A DNA stretch of 64,000 nucleotides from an uncultured Actinomycetota bacterium. Its GTDB lineage: Bacteria > Actinomycetota > Coriobacteriia > Anaerosomatales > JAGXFU01. The notes beneath the pieces are model-generated. The model was not told where the DNA came from. It did not search any database and saw only the letters and a list, made by a program, of their open reading frames with translations. This document shows positions 19,640 to 27,694 of the stretch, piece by piece; the stretch's first letter is position 1; the number at the start of each line of letters is the position of its first letter. Location of the stretch: the NCBI GenBank assembly GCA_963790405.1, contig CAWBOJ010000006.1, forward strand, positions 466,579 to 530,578, given 5' to 3'. Made by a program: the position numbers and the translations under genes.

Positions 19640-21308
19640 CTACTTCACCCCCATTGGCTTGGTGTGCACGTACGAATCCGCACCGGTCTTGACGTCCATC
19701 ACGTGGACGGCGCAACCGATTCAAGGATCGAAGCTGCGTGCAACACGCACGACGTTCATCGGGCGGTCGACTTCGATGACCGGTGTTCCGATGAGAGCTT
19801 CCTCCATCGGCCCACGCACTCCGTCTTTGTCACGGGGTGCGATGTCCCACGTGGTAGGAGCAACGACCTGGTAGCCTGCAATCTTGCCGCCTTCGACATT
19901 CATGTAGTGGGCGACAGAACCACGCGGGGCTTCCCAGATGCCGACACCCTTGCCGTCGACCACATCGTGGGGCTCGAAGAACTTGACGTCTCCACCCTTG
20001 ATGTACTCCGATGAGCTCGACCATCCACTCCAGCGACAAGTCTGCGACGTATGCAGCCTCGAGGTTGCGGGCGGCTACGCGGCCGAGCAGTGAAACGAGA
20101 ACCTCAGGATGACCAGCGGCACCCAGCGCCTCAAGCGTGGAGTCGATGAGATCCACGACCGGCTTCACGCCGCTAACGTAGGCAACGACCATACGAGCAA
20201 GCGGACCGACTTCGGTTGCCTCGCCCGTGCCGCTACCGGCGGTAGTCTGATAGCGGACCGACTTGCCCCACGAGTACTTGTCGTCGGTGTTGTAGTCCGT
20301 CCACAGCGCCTTGGTGCTGCCTTCCTGGGGGTTGAGGCCGCCATTGGCGTCCTCGTACCAGGAGTGGTCGACCCACTCGATAACGTTCTCCGGAAATGCT
20401 TCTTCGACCGTGAGCCCCGAAGTGATAACGCCGTTCGGTAGGTAGCGGTCTGTCGGAGCGAAACTCGGGGCATCGAACACGCCCCATGAGAGGAACTTGC
20501 CCGTACCAGCCACCGAACCCTAGTGCGCCCAGGTAGTACGGAGCGATTGCGAGCGTATCGGGGATGAGTGCTGTCTTGACGAAGTCCGCGACCTTGGTGA
20601 AACGGTAGAGGACATCATCGAGCTTCTGCTCTGTCGGTACGAATGTGGTGCCACCGTTCACGGATGTCATGAAGTGCGGGAACTTGCCACCCATGATGCC
20701 GATTACGGCAGCCGCCTCGCCCTGCATTTCGAGTGCTTCGAGGTAGTGCGCGACCGCGATCAGGTGCAACTCGGCCGGCATGTCCTGTGCGTACTCAGGG
20801 TGACCGAACCAACCGTTGCTGAAGATCGACAGGTTGCCGCTTTCCACGAATGCGCCCAGACGCTTGGCCACGGCACCGAAGTCCGCCATGCGGGTGCCCG
20901 CCGCCTGCGGCCAGCGCGTACGTATCGGCGATGTCCGCCTCAAGCGCCTTGACCGGATCGACGTAGTCCAGGGCAGCAAGTGTGTAGAACCACAGAATGT
21001 GGCTGTGCAGGAACTGGGCCGCCTCGATGATGTTTCGGACGAGCCGAGCACCCTCGGGAATCTGGATACCCATCGCAGCCTCGGCCGACATTGTCGACGC
21101 GTGGCCGTGAGAGATCGGACAGACTCCGCAGATTCGCTGGGACACGTAGAACGCGTCCTGCGGGCGACGGTCCTTGAGCACGGTCTCCATACCGCGATAC
21201 AGCGTGCCTGAGATCCAGGCATCTGTCACAACGCCGTCTTCGACTTCGACTTCGACTCTGAGGTGACCCTCGATACGAGTCAGACGGATCGACTGCTATG
21301 CGTGCCAC
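19640..21308 (-). pseudogene. [NiFe]-hydrogenase large subunit with in-frame TGA (candidate selenocysteine, [NiFeSe] type), also carrying about 4 frameshifts as assembled
   Basis: GTG 21308 overlaps the small-subunit TAG. The corrected N-terminus is VARIAVDP-LTRIEGHLRVEVEVEDGVVTDAW (extra t near 21284). N-terminal Ni motif: SQRICGVCPISHGHAS. Fragments: 20795-21229, 20233-21222, 19830-20513, 19721-19963 (EAPRGSVAHY, VAPTTWDIAPRD). The C-terminus reads RSFDP-TGA(19721-19723)-IGCAVHVMDVKTGADSYVHTKPMGVK-TAG(19640-19642), all in one frame. Confidence 0.85.
19685..19717 (-). promoter_or_regulatory. Candidate bacterial SECIS hairpin downstream of the TGA
   Basis: The mRNA after UGA reads AUC GGUU GCGC CGUCCA CGUGA UGGACG UCAA GACC. 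It can form a lower stem GGUU/GACC and a 6-bp upper stem CGUCCA/UGGACG with a GU-containing pentaloop 18-22 nt after the UGA. Confidence 0.45.
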
Positions 21309-22492
21309 TATTTACCGCCTCCCTTCTTGCGATCGTGTTCCTTGGCGTCCTCGTAGGGAGCGCCTCCATCCATGCGTCCAGCGGCCTTCATGCCGACCCC
21401 GTGAATCGCAAGGGCGCCTACGGCTACGGCACCTACGGCGCCTGCAACGACCGTCGGCTGGGTGACCCAATCACCGATACGAATGTCGCGGTGACGATTC
21501 AGGAAAGGAGCTCCGACGTCGACCCAGTTGCCGCCGGCCTTGAGCGGATCGGCTGATCCGCATCCGATGCACGGAGCACCAGATTCGACGCACCAGCTTG
21601 CGCGGCCGTTCCAGCGAACGATCGGGCAGTTGGTGAAGGTCTGTGGGCCTTTGCACCCAACCGCATACAGACAGTAGCCCTTGGCCTCTTCTTCGCTGCC
21701 GAATTCATACACGAATTCGCCATTCTCAAAGTGGCCGCGACGCGGACAGTTGTCGTGAATCGACTGGCCGAAGATGGCTTTCGGACGGTTGAAGTCGTCC
21801 AGATCAAGAATCGAGAGGTCCTCAAGCGCTCCGAGGAACAGCACATCAATCACCATAGCGACGACCCACTCCGGATTCACCGGGCAGGTCGGGAGGTTGA
21901 CGACTGGAGTCTTGATATCGTGTTGGTTGCAGAAATCGAGAACACCGATGCCCTCTGCAGGGTTCGGATGTGCTGCCACCCAGCCACCATCCACGGCGCA
22001 AGAACCTACAGCGACGATGGCCGCAGCGTTCTCAAACAGTTCAGGCAGCTCTTCGGTCTGTGGCTTCCCGGCGACGCGGAGTGCGTTGCCGTCGAAACCG
22101 GTCATGATGGTGCCCTCGAAAATGAGGACGTACTGCCCTGCGTACTTCTCGACAACGGCAGCCTTGGCCGCCTCGGCGTCTTCGCCCTGGGCCATCATGA
22201 TTGTCTCGAAGTAGTTGATCGAGAGCAGGTCCAGAACGATTGTGGCCACGTCGGGCGTGTCGACCTGTGCGATAGACTCCGTACAACCGGAGCATGAGCC
22301 ACCGTTGATCCACAGAGCCGGAGCTTGTGGCTGCAATACTGAACCCTCGACCGCCGCAGCGATCTTCGGCACGTATGATTCGGCGAGTCCGAGAAGAGCA
22401 GCGGTCGCACCGCACCACTTGAGGAAATCCCGACGCGTTACGCCTCGAGCTGCAAGCATTGAGTAGAACGCGCCGTGGTCCTCGTGAGCCAT
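21308..22492 (-). CDS. [NiFe]-hydrogenase small subunit (Tat signal, C-terminal membrane anchor)
   Basis: Intact. AAGGAGG precedes ATG 22492. Twin-arginine signal TRRDFLKWCGATAALLGLA. Fe-S ligand motifs: GGSCSGCTES, GSCAVDGG, HDNCPRRGHF, GCKGPQTFTNCP, WCVESGAPCIGC. A hydrophobic helix VVAGAVGAVAVGALAI sits near the end. Confidence 0.9.
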   Translation of the reverse strand: MAHEDHGAFYSMLAARGVTRRDFLKWCGATAALLGLAESYVPKIAAAVEGSVLQPQAPALWINGGSCSGCTESIAQVDTPDVATIVLDLLSINYFETIMMAQGEDAEAAKAAVVEKYAGQYVLIFEGTIMTGFDGNALRVAGKPQTEELPELFENAAAIVAVGSCAVDGGWVAAHPNPAEGIGVLDFCNQHDIKTPVVNLPTCPVNPEWVVAMVIDVLFLGALEDLSILDLDDFNRPKAIFGQSIHDNCPRRGHFENGEFVYEFGSEEEAKGYCLYAVGCKGPQTFTNCPIVRWNGRASWCVESGAPCIGCGSADPLKAGGNWVDVGAPFLNRHRDIRIGDWVTQPTVVAGAVGAVAVGALAIHGVGMKAAGRMDGGAPYEDAKEHDRKKGGGK

Positions 22493-23263
22493 GCCATACA
22501 CCTCCTTGATAGGGAACGTTGTCTTACAGTTCTCGTTGGCTAGCGACCCGCGAGTGCTCGACGGATTCGAGCATGCGGGCATCAGACAATGTCAGCCGTG
22601 GCCGACCCCCTTTCCGAGAGCATGGGGACAACACTCAGCCTAGACAGGCTTTCGCTGCGGTAGCACCGAATAGTGACTCGCGCGAGCTTGGAGTGACGCG
22701 TGGGGTGTGCCGGAGAAGTCACTCTCGTCGGACATGCCGACTCAACGGCCCTCGGCCATGAACGGATAGGTGCGGAAGATCTCATGATGTGTGAAGCGCA
22801 CCGTCCAACAGCACGCTCTGACCGGAGAGAATGTTCCCCGATCAATTGCGGCCCGGCAGCCGCATTGTTATGACGCACTTGCTCGTGACCCCCAAACGTT
22901 TGCACGATGCTCGAGTGTGTGTCACTGAGTGGCCATTGTCCCAGGCGTGACCACTCACGGCACTATTCTACATATGTGCCCAGGGTTCCCGCTATGAAAT
23001 CACTACTCGTTGGGAATGCTAGGGGATACCGATTCCCTTCGCCTCGGAGGTGGGCGTGATGTCCGGTGACCAGATAGACGATCGCAGCTCCTTCAGAGAT
23101 GCTCCGACTGTGCGGGTCAGGATCTGGTCGATTCGTATGAGAACGAGGAAAATGGTGGGTCCTGACAGGGAAAACGGCTTCCATGGGCAGGGATGACGCT
23201 CCAACAGGCGAATCCATCTGACGAGGCGCTGAACCTGCCTGGCGGCGCCAAGGACGGGGGATT

Positions 23264-23527
23264 ATGGTCTCCGGATCGCCCAATGGTCTGGTTCTCGATG
23301 TGCGGGGTTTCTCGCCGGGACTCAGACGACCGATTGTGTTCACACTCGTGGACAAGTTGCTGGAACTCGACGCTGATGACAGCCTGGTTGTCATTTGCGA
23401 TCACGAGCCGGCCGGTCTCGGCTACCAACTTGACCTGCGCAAGGAGTCCAAGGGTAAGTTCGAGTACTTCTACGATCAACGTATGGACGGCGCGTGGGTT
23501 GCGCTCATCCGGCGCAAGCCGATGTAG
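23264..23527 (+). CDS. DUF2249-like small protein
   Basis: 87-aa ORF. LDVRGFSPGLRRPIVFTLVDKLLELDADDSLVVICDHEPAGLGYQL...GKFEYFYDQRMDGAWVALIRRK matches, from memory, the DUF2249 pattern (LDVR..P..RHP.I...L..G....L.NDHDP.PL.YQ). Confidence 0.55.
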   Translation: MVSGSPNGLVLDVRGFSPGLRRPIVFTLVDKLLELDADDSLVVICDHEPAGLGYQLDLRKESKGKFEYFYDQRMDGAWVALIRRKPM

Positions 23528-23532
23528 CGGCT

Positions 23533-24234
23533 CTATCCTTCACACAGCCGGGGGAGCGATGCCGCCAATTCACTCAGGCTTCCGCGGTACGTCGCAGGCG
23601 CTTGTGAGTCCGCCCCAACGTAGTATGTCGACATGCCCACGTCCGCCGCGGCCATGTCGAGCAATCTGTCATCCCCGACCATCATGCATTCGGCTGGATC
23701 GACCTTGAGCATCTCCGCTGTTTGTCGGAAGTAGTCCGGCAGCGGCTTTGTTGCACGCATGTTTTCGTAGCTCGTGATTGCGTCGAACTGGCCGGGCTCG
23801 AAGTCGGCCCATGTGATGCGGTGTTCGATAGCGCGCAATGGGAAGATCGGGTTGGTGGCGACGGCGACACGCAAACCACATGCGCGTGCGGCCCTCAGCG
23901 CATCATGAGCGCCTTCGGAGGGGCCGATCCCCGCCCGGAGCGTGGGGAAGACTTCCTCGTAGAACCGGTCGAAGACGGGCCAACACACTTCGAGATCCAT
24001 GCCAGAGTCCTTCTCGAATGTGCTCGAGAACGCTGTCTGGTTCGTAAGTCCCGGATGGGGGCGCATCATCGCGTTGGTCGCGTCGAAAATCGCCTTCATG
24101 ACCACCTTGTGGGCGTCTGTAGAGTCGACTATCTCCTCGATGGCCGTGGAAAGGGCAGCAAAATACCTTGGCAGGAAGCTCTCGATATCGATGTCAAGGA
24201 GTGTGCCGTCGAGGTCGAAAAGGACTGCTTGCAT
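23533..24234 (-). CDS. HAD-superfamily hydrolase
   Basis: 233-aa ORF with motif I at the N-terminus (MQAVLFDLDGTLLD), motif II region (VAVATNP) and motif IV (MVGDDRLLD). Confidence 0.85.
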   Translation of the reverse strand: MQAVLFDLDGTLLDIDIESFLPRYFAALSTAIEEIVDSTDAHKVVMKAIFDATNAMMRPHPGLTNQTAFSSTFEKDSGMDLEVCWPVFDRFYEEVFPTLRAGIGPSEGAHDALRAARACGLRVAVATNPIFPLRAIEHRITWADFEPGQFDAITSYENMRATKPLPDYFRQTAEMLKVDPAECMMVGDDRLLDMAAADVGMSTYYVGADSQAPATYRGSLSELAASLPRLCEG

Positions 24235-24434
24235 TTGTCGGAAGCCCCTTTGGGAACATTGGATTCAGGAGTCCTGCACATGTTAGCACTGGGATCACGT
24301 GGAAGGGTGTTGACCCCAGCATACCATGGGGGGTATCTTCAACATCGATTGGCGGGATACCCCCGTGGGCATAGGATTTGCTCGTTTGCGAGTTCGAGAA
24401 GTCATTCACAAAGGTGCCGGAAAGGAAGATAGCC

Positions 24435-27400
24435 ATGGCAGCCGTGAGCGAACGCACCGAGGTGCAGCTCAAGAGAATCTTTGGCGATAGAGTCAAGACC
24501 GACAGAGTCGAGCGAAAGATGTACTCGTTCGACATCGGGGCAATGCCGAAGCTGGTGAAGCCATTCGTGCCTGCAGGCATTGCAGGAGCCGTGGTTCGGC
24601 CCAAGAGCGAGGACGAGATTGTCGAACTGATGCGTCTCGCCAGCTCAGAGGGTCTGAAAATCGTCCCGCGTGGTTGGGCGACATCGGGCTACGGCGGCGT
24701 ACTGCCGCCAGACGGAGCGGTCGTCGCGGACATGTCCGGCATGCACGAGATCCTCGCTGTCGATCAAAACGAGCTGACCGTACGGGTTCAGGCCTCAGCC
24801 ATCTGGGAGGAGATTGAGCGCCAGCTGGCCAAAGATGGTCTTGGGCTGCGTCTCTATCCTTCTTCTTCGCCGAGTTCCGGCGCAGCAGGATGGCTTGCAC
24901 AAGGCGGCTCGGGCTTCGGCTCCTACGAGTATGGCTTGTTCAAGGACAACGTCGTGTCGGCTCGTATCGTGCTTCCCACGGGCGATGTCAAGGAGTTTTC
25001 GGGCGACGAGCTTCAGAATCTTGTCGCCGACGCCGAGGGTATCACTGGCATCATCACTGAACTGACCGTGAGGATCCGCCATGCCGAGCCCGAGGTTCAT
25101 CGCGCGATCGCCTTCGACAGCGCTCGTGCGCTCGGGGCCAGCCTACAAGCCATCTCGACGCAGCACCTTCCCGTCTGGTCGATCACGTTCCTGAATCCTG
25201 AGTCCATGCGCCTCAAGAAGGAACTGCCGCACAGGCACGGTCATCCCTGGGAGATGGAGCACGAGCACATCGAGCCCAATCTGCCCGAAGCGTTCATCGC
25301 CGTGATTGCGTACCCGGAGTCTCGACGGGGTGCTATCGACACCGCTCTCGATGCCATCGTGACGGCAAATGGCGGCACGGACCTTGGTCCCGAGGCCGCG
25401 GAGCATGAGTGGGAACTGCGATTCTCGCCCATGAAACTCAAGCGCATCGGCCCTTCGCTCGTTCCGACCGAGGTAGTCGTGCCTCTGTCGGAGATGGCGG
25501 CCGTTCTTGAGGAGATCGACCGGAAGATCAAGCAACCCTTCATTCTCGAGGGCATGCATGCCAAAGGGGACAAGGTCGTTCTCCTCGGCTTCATACCGCA
25601 CGACGAGCGTTCCTTCACCTTCAACATGGCCTTCGCCCTGTCGCTGTCGGTAATCAAGATCGCCAAGGCGCATCATGGTTCTGCCTATTCAACCGGTCTG
25701 TATTTCCGCCGAGAAGCCGAGTCGGTGCTGGGCACAGAGAGGAAGCGTGCCCTGAGCGCCTACAAGGCGAAGGTGGATCCGAAGGGTTTCATGAACCCCG
25801 GCAAGGTCATCGGTGGTGGCGGGGTTATCGATCTACTGATGGGTTCTGCCGCTGCGATGGAATCTCTCATCCGACCCGTGGCCAACATGGCCACCCCCCC
25901 GGACGCAATGCGAGATCTCACCAAGGAGGTTCGCGGCATTCCGGGCGACGTGGCGTACATGGCGTACGCATGCGCTCGCTGCGGCTACTGCGTTCCCACG
26001 TGCGAGCAGTACACAGGACGGGGCTGGGAGTCACAATCGCCCCGCGGCAAGTACGCCTACCTTCGTGAGGTCATGGAGGGACGCGAGAAGTGGAACCGCA
26101 AAGCGATCGACACCCAGCTCGTCTGCACCACGTGCGAAGTCTGCAACGCGCGTTGCCAGCTGCAACTGCCGGTGGAGCACAACTGGATGACGATGCGCGG
26201 CAAGCTCGTACACGAGGAGAAGCGGGGTACGTTCCCGCCCTTTGAGATGATGGCGGCTTCTTTGCGCGGAGAGCGAGACATCTGGGCCGGCAAGGCCGAG
26301 AATCGCGCCAACTGGGTGCCCGAGGACATCAAGGACAAGCTCTCGGATGACAAGGGCGGATGGAACAAACAGGCTGACATCCTCTACTTCGCCGGTTGCA
26401 CGGCCAGTTTCGTCGAGGCAGACATCGCGGAGGCATCCGTACGGCTGCTGACCGATGCCGGCTACGATATCGGCTACATGGGTACGGACGAAGCCTGTTG
26501 TGGCATACCGATGAAGGTCGCCGGGAAGTGGGACCTGTTTGCCGAGATCTTCGAGCACAACGTGTCCGAAGCGCGCAAACGCGGTGCGAAGACGATCGTC
26601 ACTTCATGCCCTGCGTGTGGCCTCGTGTGGAAGGAGCTCTACGCGAACCTTGCTGCCGAGCGCGGTGAGGAATACGACTTCGAGGTGAAGCACTACTCGG
26701 AGCTTGTCGCGGAAGCGATTGCAGAGGGCAAGATCGAGCTCAAGGACAACCCGTTCGAAGGTGAAAGGCTCACGTTCCACGACTCGTGTCACATGGGTCG
26801 AGCCCAAGGCAACTACGAGCCGCCACGCGACATGATCAAGGCCATCCCGGGCGTGGACTACGTCGAGATGGAGCACAACCGCGAGGAAGGCTACTGCTGC
26901 GGATCGGTGCTCACGCTGGTAGGCGAGATCGAGGTCGCGCCGGTGCTGGGCAAGGTGCGCTTGCAGGAAGCCGTTGACGCCGGGGCGAACAGGGTCGTCG
27001 CGCTGTGTCCGTGCTGTCAAGTGCAGCTCCGCGACAGTGTGGACAAGAACGACATGCCGCTGCAGATCGACGACCTTGCACGTGTCGTCGCTGAAGCAGC
27101 TGGCTACGAAATCCCTGAGACGACAGCGTTCTCCCTGTACATGTGGGGCTACTTCGACAAGTTCATCATCCTCCTGGAGCCTGCGAACATGGCGAAGTTC
27201 ATGACGCGGATCTTCCCGCAGATGATGGATGCGATGCCCGCTGGCATGAAGCCCATGATGAAGTCGATGAAGCACGTCCCCGGTGGTCTTGCCATGATGG
27301 AGAAGATGATGCCGCTGATGTTCCCGATGATGATCGACGGTATCATGGCCAAGGTCATGCCGGACATGGTCCGTGAAGTCGAGGACTACATTGGCGAGAT

Positions 27401-27533
27401 GCCGCCGGATATGGCCGATCTTATTCCGGGTCTGCTCCCCCAGACACTGGACTCGCTCATGCCGACGTACCTGCCACAGCTCATCCCGCACGTGACGCCG
27501 CTCATGATCGATTACATTCGCGAGAAGATGTAG
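24435..27533 (+). CDS. Fusion oxidoreductase: FAD-binding GlcD-like dehydrogenase + 2x[4Fe-4S] + two CCG (HdrD/GlcF-like) domains + Met-rich C-terminal tail
   Basis: Intact ORF (24378-27533). ATG 24435 follows GGAAAGGAAG. It has an FAD_binding_4-type N-terminal half. Ferredoxin motifs: CARCGYCVPTCEQY and CTTCEVCNARCQ. CCG motifs: EACCGIPMK and GYCCGSV. The last 130 aa contain 25 Met. Confidence 0.8.
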   Translation: MAAVSERTEVQLKRIFGDRVKTDRVERKMYSFDIGAMPKLVKPFVPAGIAGAVVRPKSEDEIVELMRLASSEGLKIVPRGWATSGYGGVLPPDGAVVADMSGMHEILAVDQNELTVRVQASAIWEEIERQLAKDGLGLRLYPSSSPSSGAAGWLAQGGSGFGSYEYGLFKDNVVSARIVLPTGDVKEFSGDELQNLVADAEGITGIITELTVRIRHAEPEVHRAIAFDSARALGASLQAISTQHLPVWSITFLNPESMRLKKELPHRHGHPWEMEHEHIEPNLPEAFIAVIAYPESRRGAIDTALDAIVTANGGTDLGPEAAEHEWELRFSPMKLKRIGPSLVPTEVVVPLSEMAAVLEEIDRKIKQPFILEGMHAKGDKVVLLGFIPHDERSFTFNMAFALSLSVIKIAKAHHGSAYSTGLYFRREAESVLGTERKRALSAYKAKVDPKGFMNPGKVIGGGGVIDLLMGSAAAMESLIRPVANMATPPDAMRDLTKEVRGIPGDVAYMAYACARCGYCVPTCEQYTGRGWESQSPRGKYAYLREVMEGREKWNRKAIDTQLVCTTCEVCNARCQLQLPVEHNWMTMRGKLVHEEKRGTFPPFEMMAASLRGERDIWAGKAENRANWVPEDIKDKLSDDKGGWNKQADILYFAGCTASFVEADIAEASVRLLTDAGYDIGYMGTDEACCGIPMKVAGKWDLFAEIFEHNVSEARKRGAKTIVTSCPACGLVWKELYANLAAERGEEYDFEVKHYSELVAEAIAEGKIELKDNPFEGERLTFHDSCHMGRAQGNYEPPRDMIKAIPGVDYVEMEHNREEGYCCGSVLTLVGEIEVAPVLGKVRLQEAVDAGANRVVALCPCCQVQLRDSVDKNDMPLQIDDLARVVAEAAGYEIPETTAFSLYMWGYFDKFIILLEPANMAKFMTRIFPQMMDAMPAGMKPMMKSMKHVPGGLAMMEKMMPLMFPMMIDGIMAKVMPDMVREVEDYIGEMPPDMADLIPGLLPQTLDSLMPTYLPQLIPHVTPLMIDYIREKM

Positions 27534-27651
27534 CGCTGCAAGAAGATGTGCCCTTCGGGGTACGCACGTGTGAACGTCGGGGCGGCACCTTTGGGGTGTC
27601 GCCCCTGCATTGTGGGCGACGAACGGTCCTGGGATTGCAGAACGCGCGTCG

Positions 27652-27671
27652 ATTGTGGCTTAAGTCACAAT
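27652..27671. promoter_or_regulatory. CRP/FNR-type palindromic operator candidate upstream of the Crp-family gene
   Basis: ATTGTGgCTTAAGtCACAAT is a 20-bp near-perfect palindrome. Its core TGTGG-N6-TCACA differs from the CRP consensus TGTGA-N6-TCACA by one base. It ends 24 nt before ATG 27695. Confidence 0.5.
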
Positions 27672-27694
27672 TGCGAAAGGCCGATATCAGCACC

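Noticed and set aside
22493-23263. Known structured RNAs (RNase P, tmRNA, SRP RNA, cobalamin or NiCo riboswitch) in the long hydrogenase upstream region
   Set aside because: I could not find the hallmark motifs of any of these by eye on either strand. The region is kept as an unexplained non-coding region, not called as an RNA gene.
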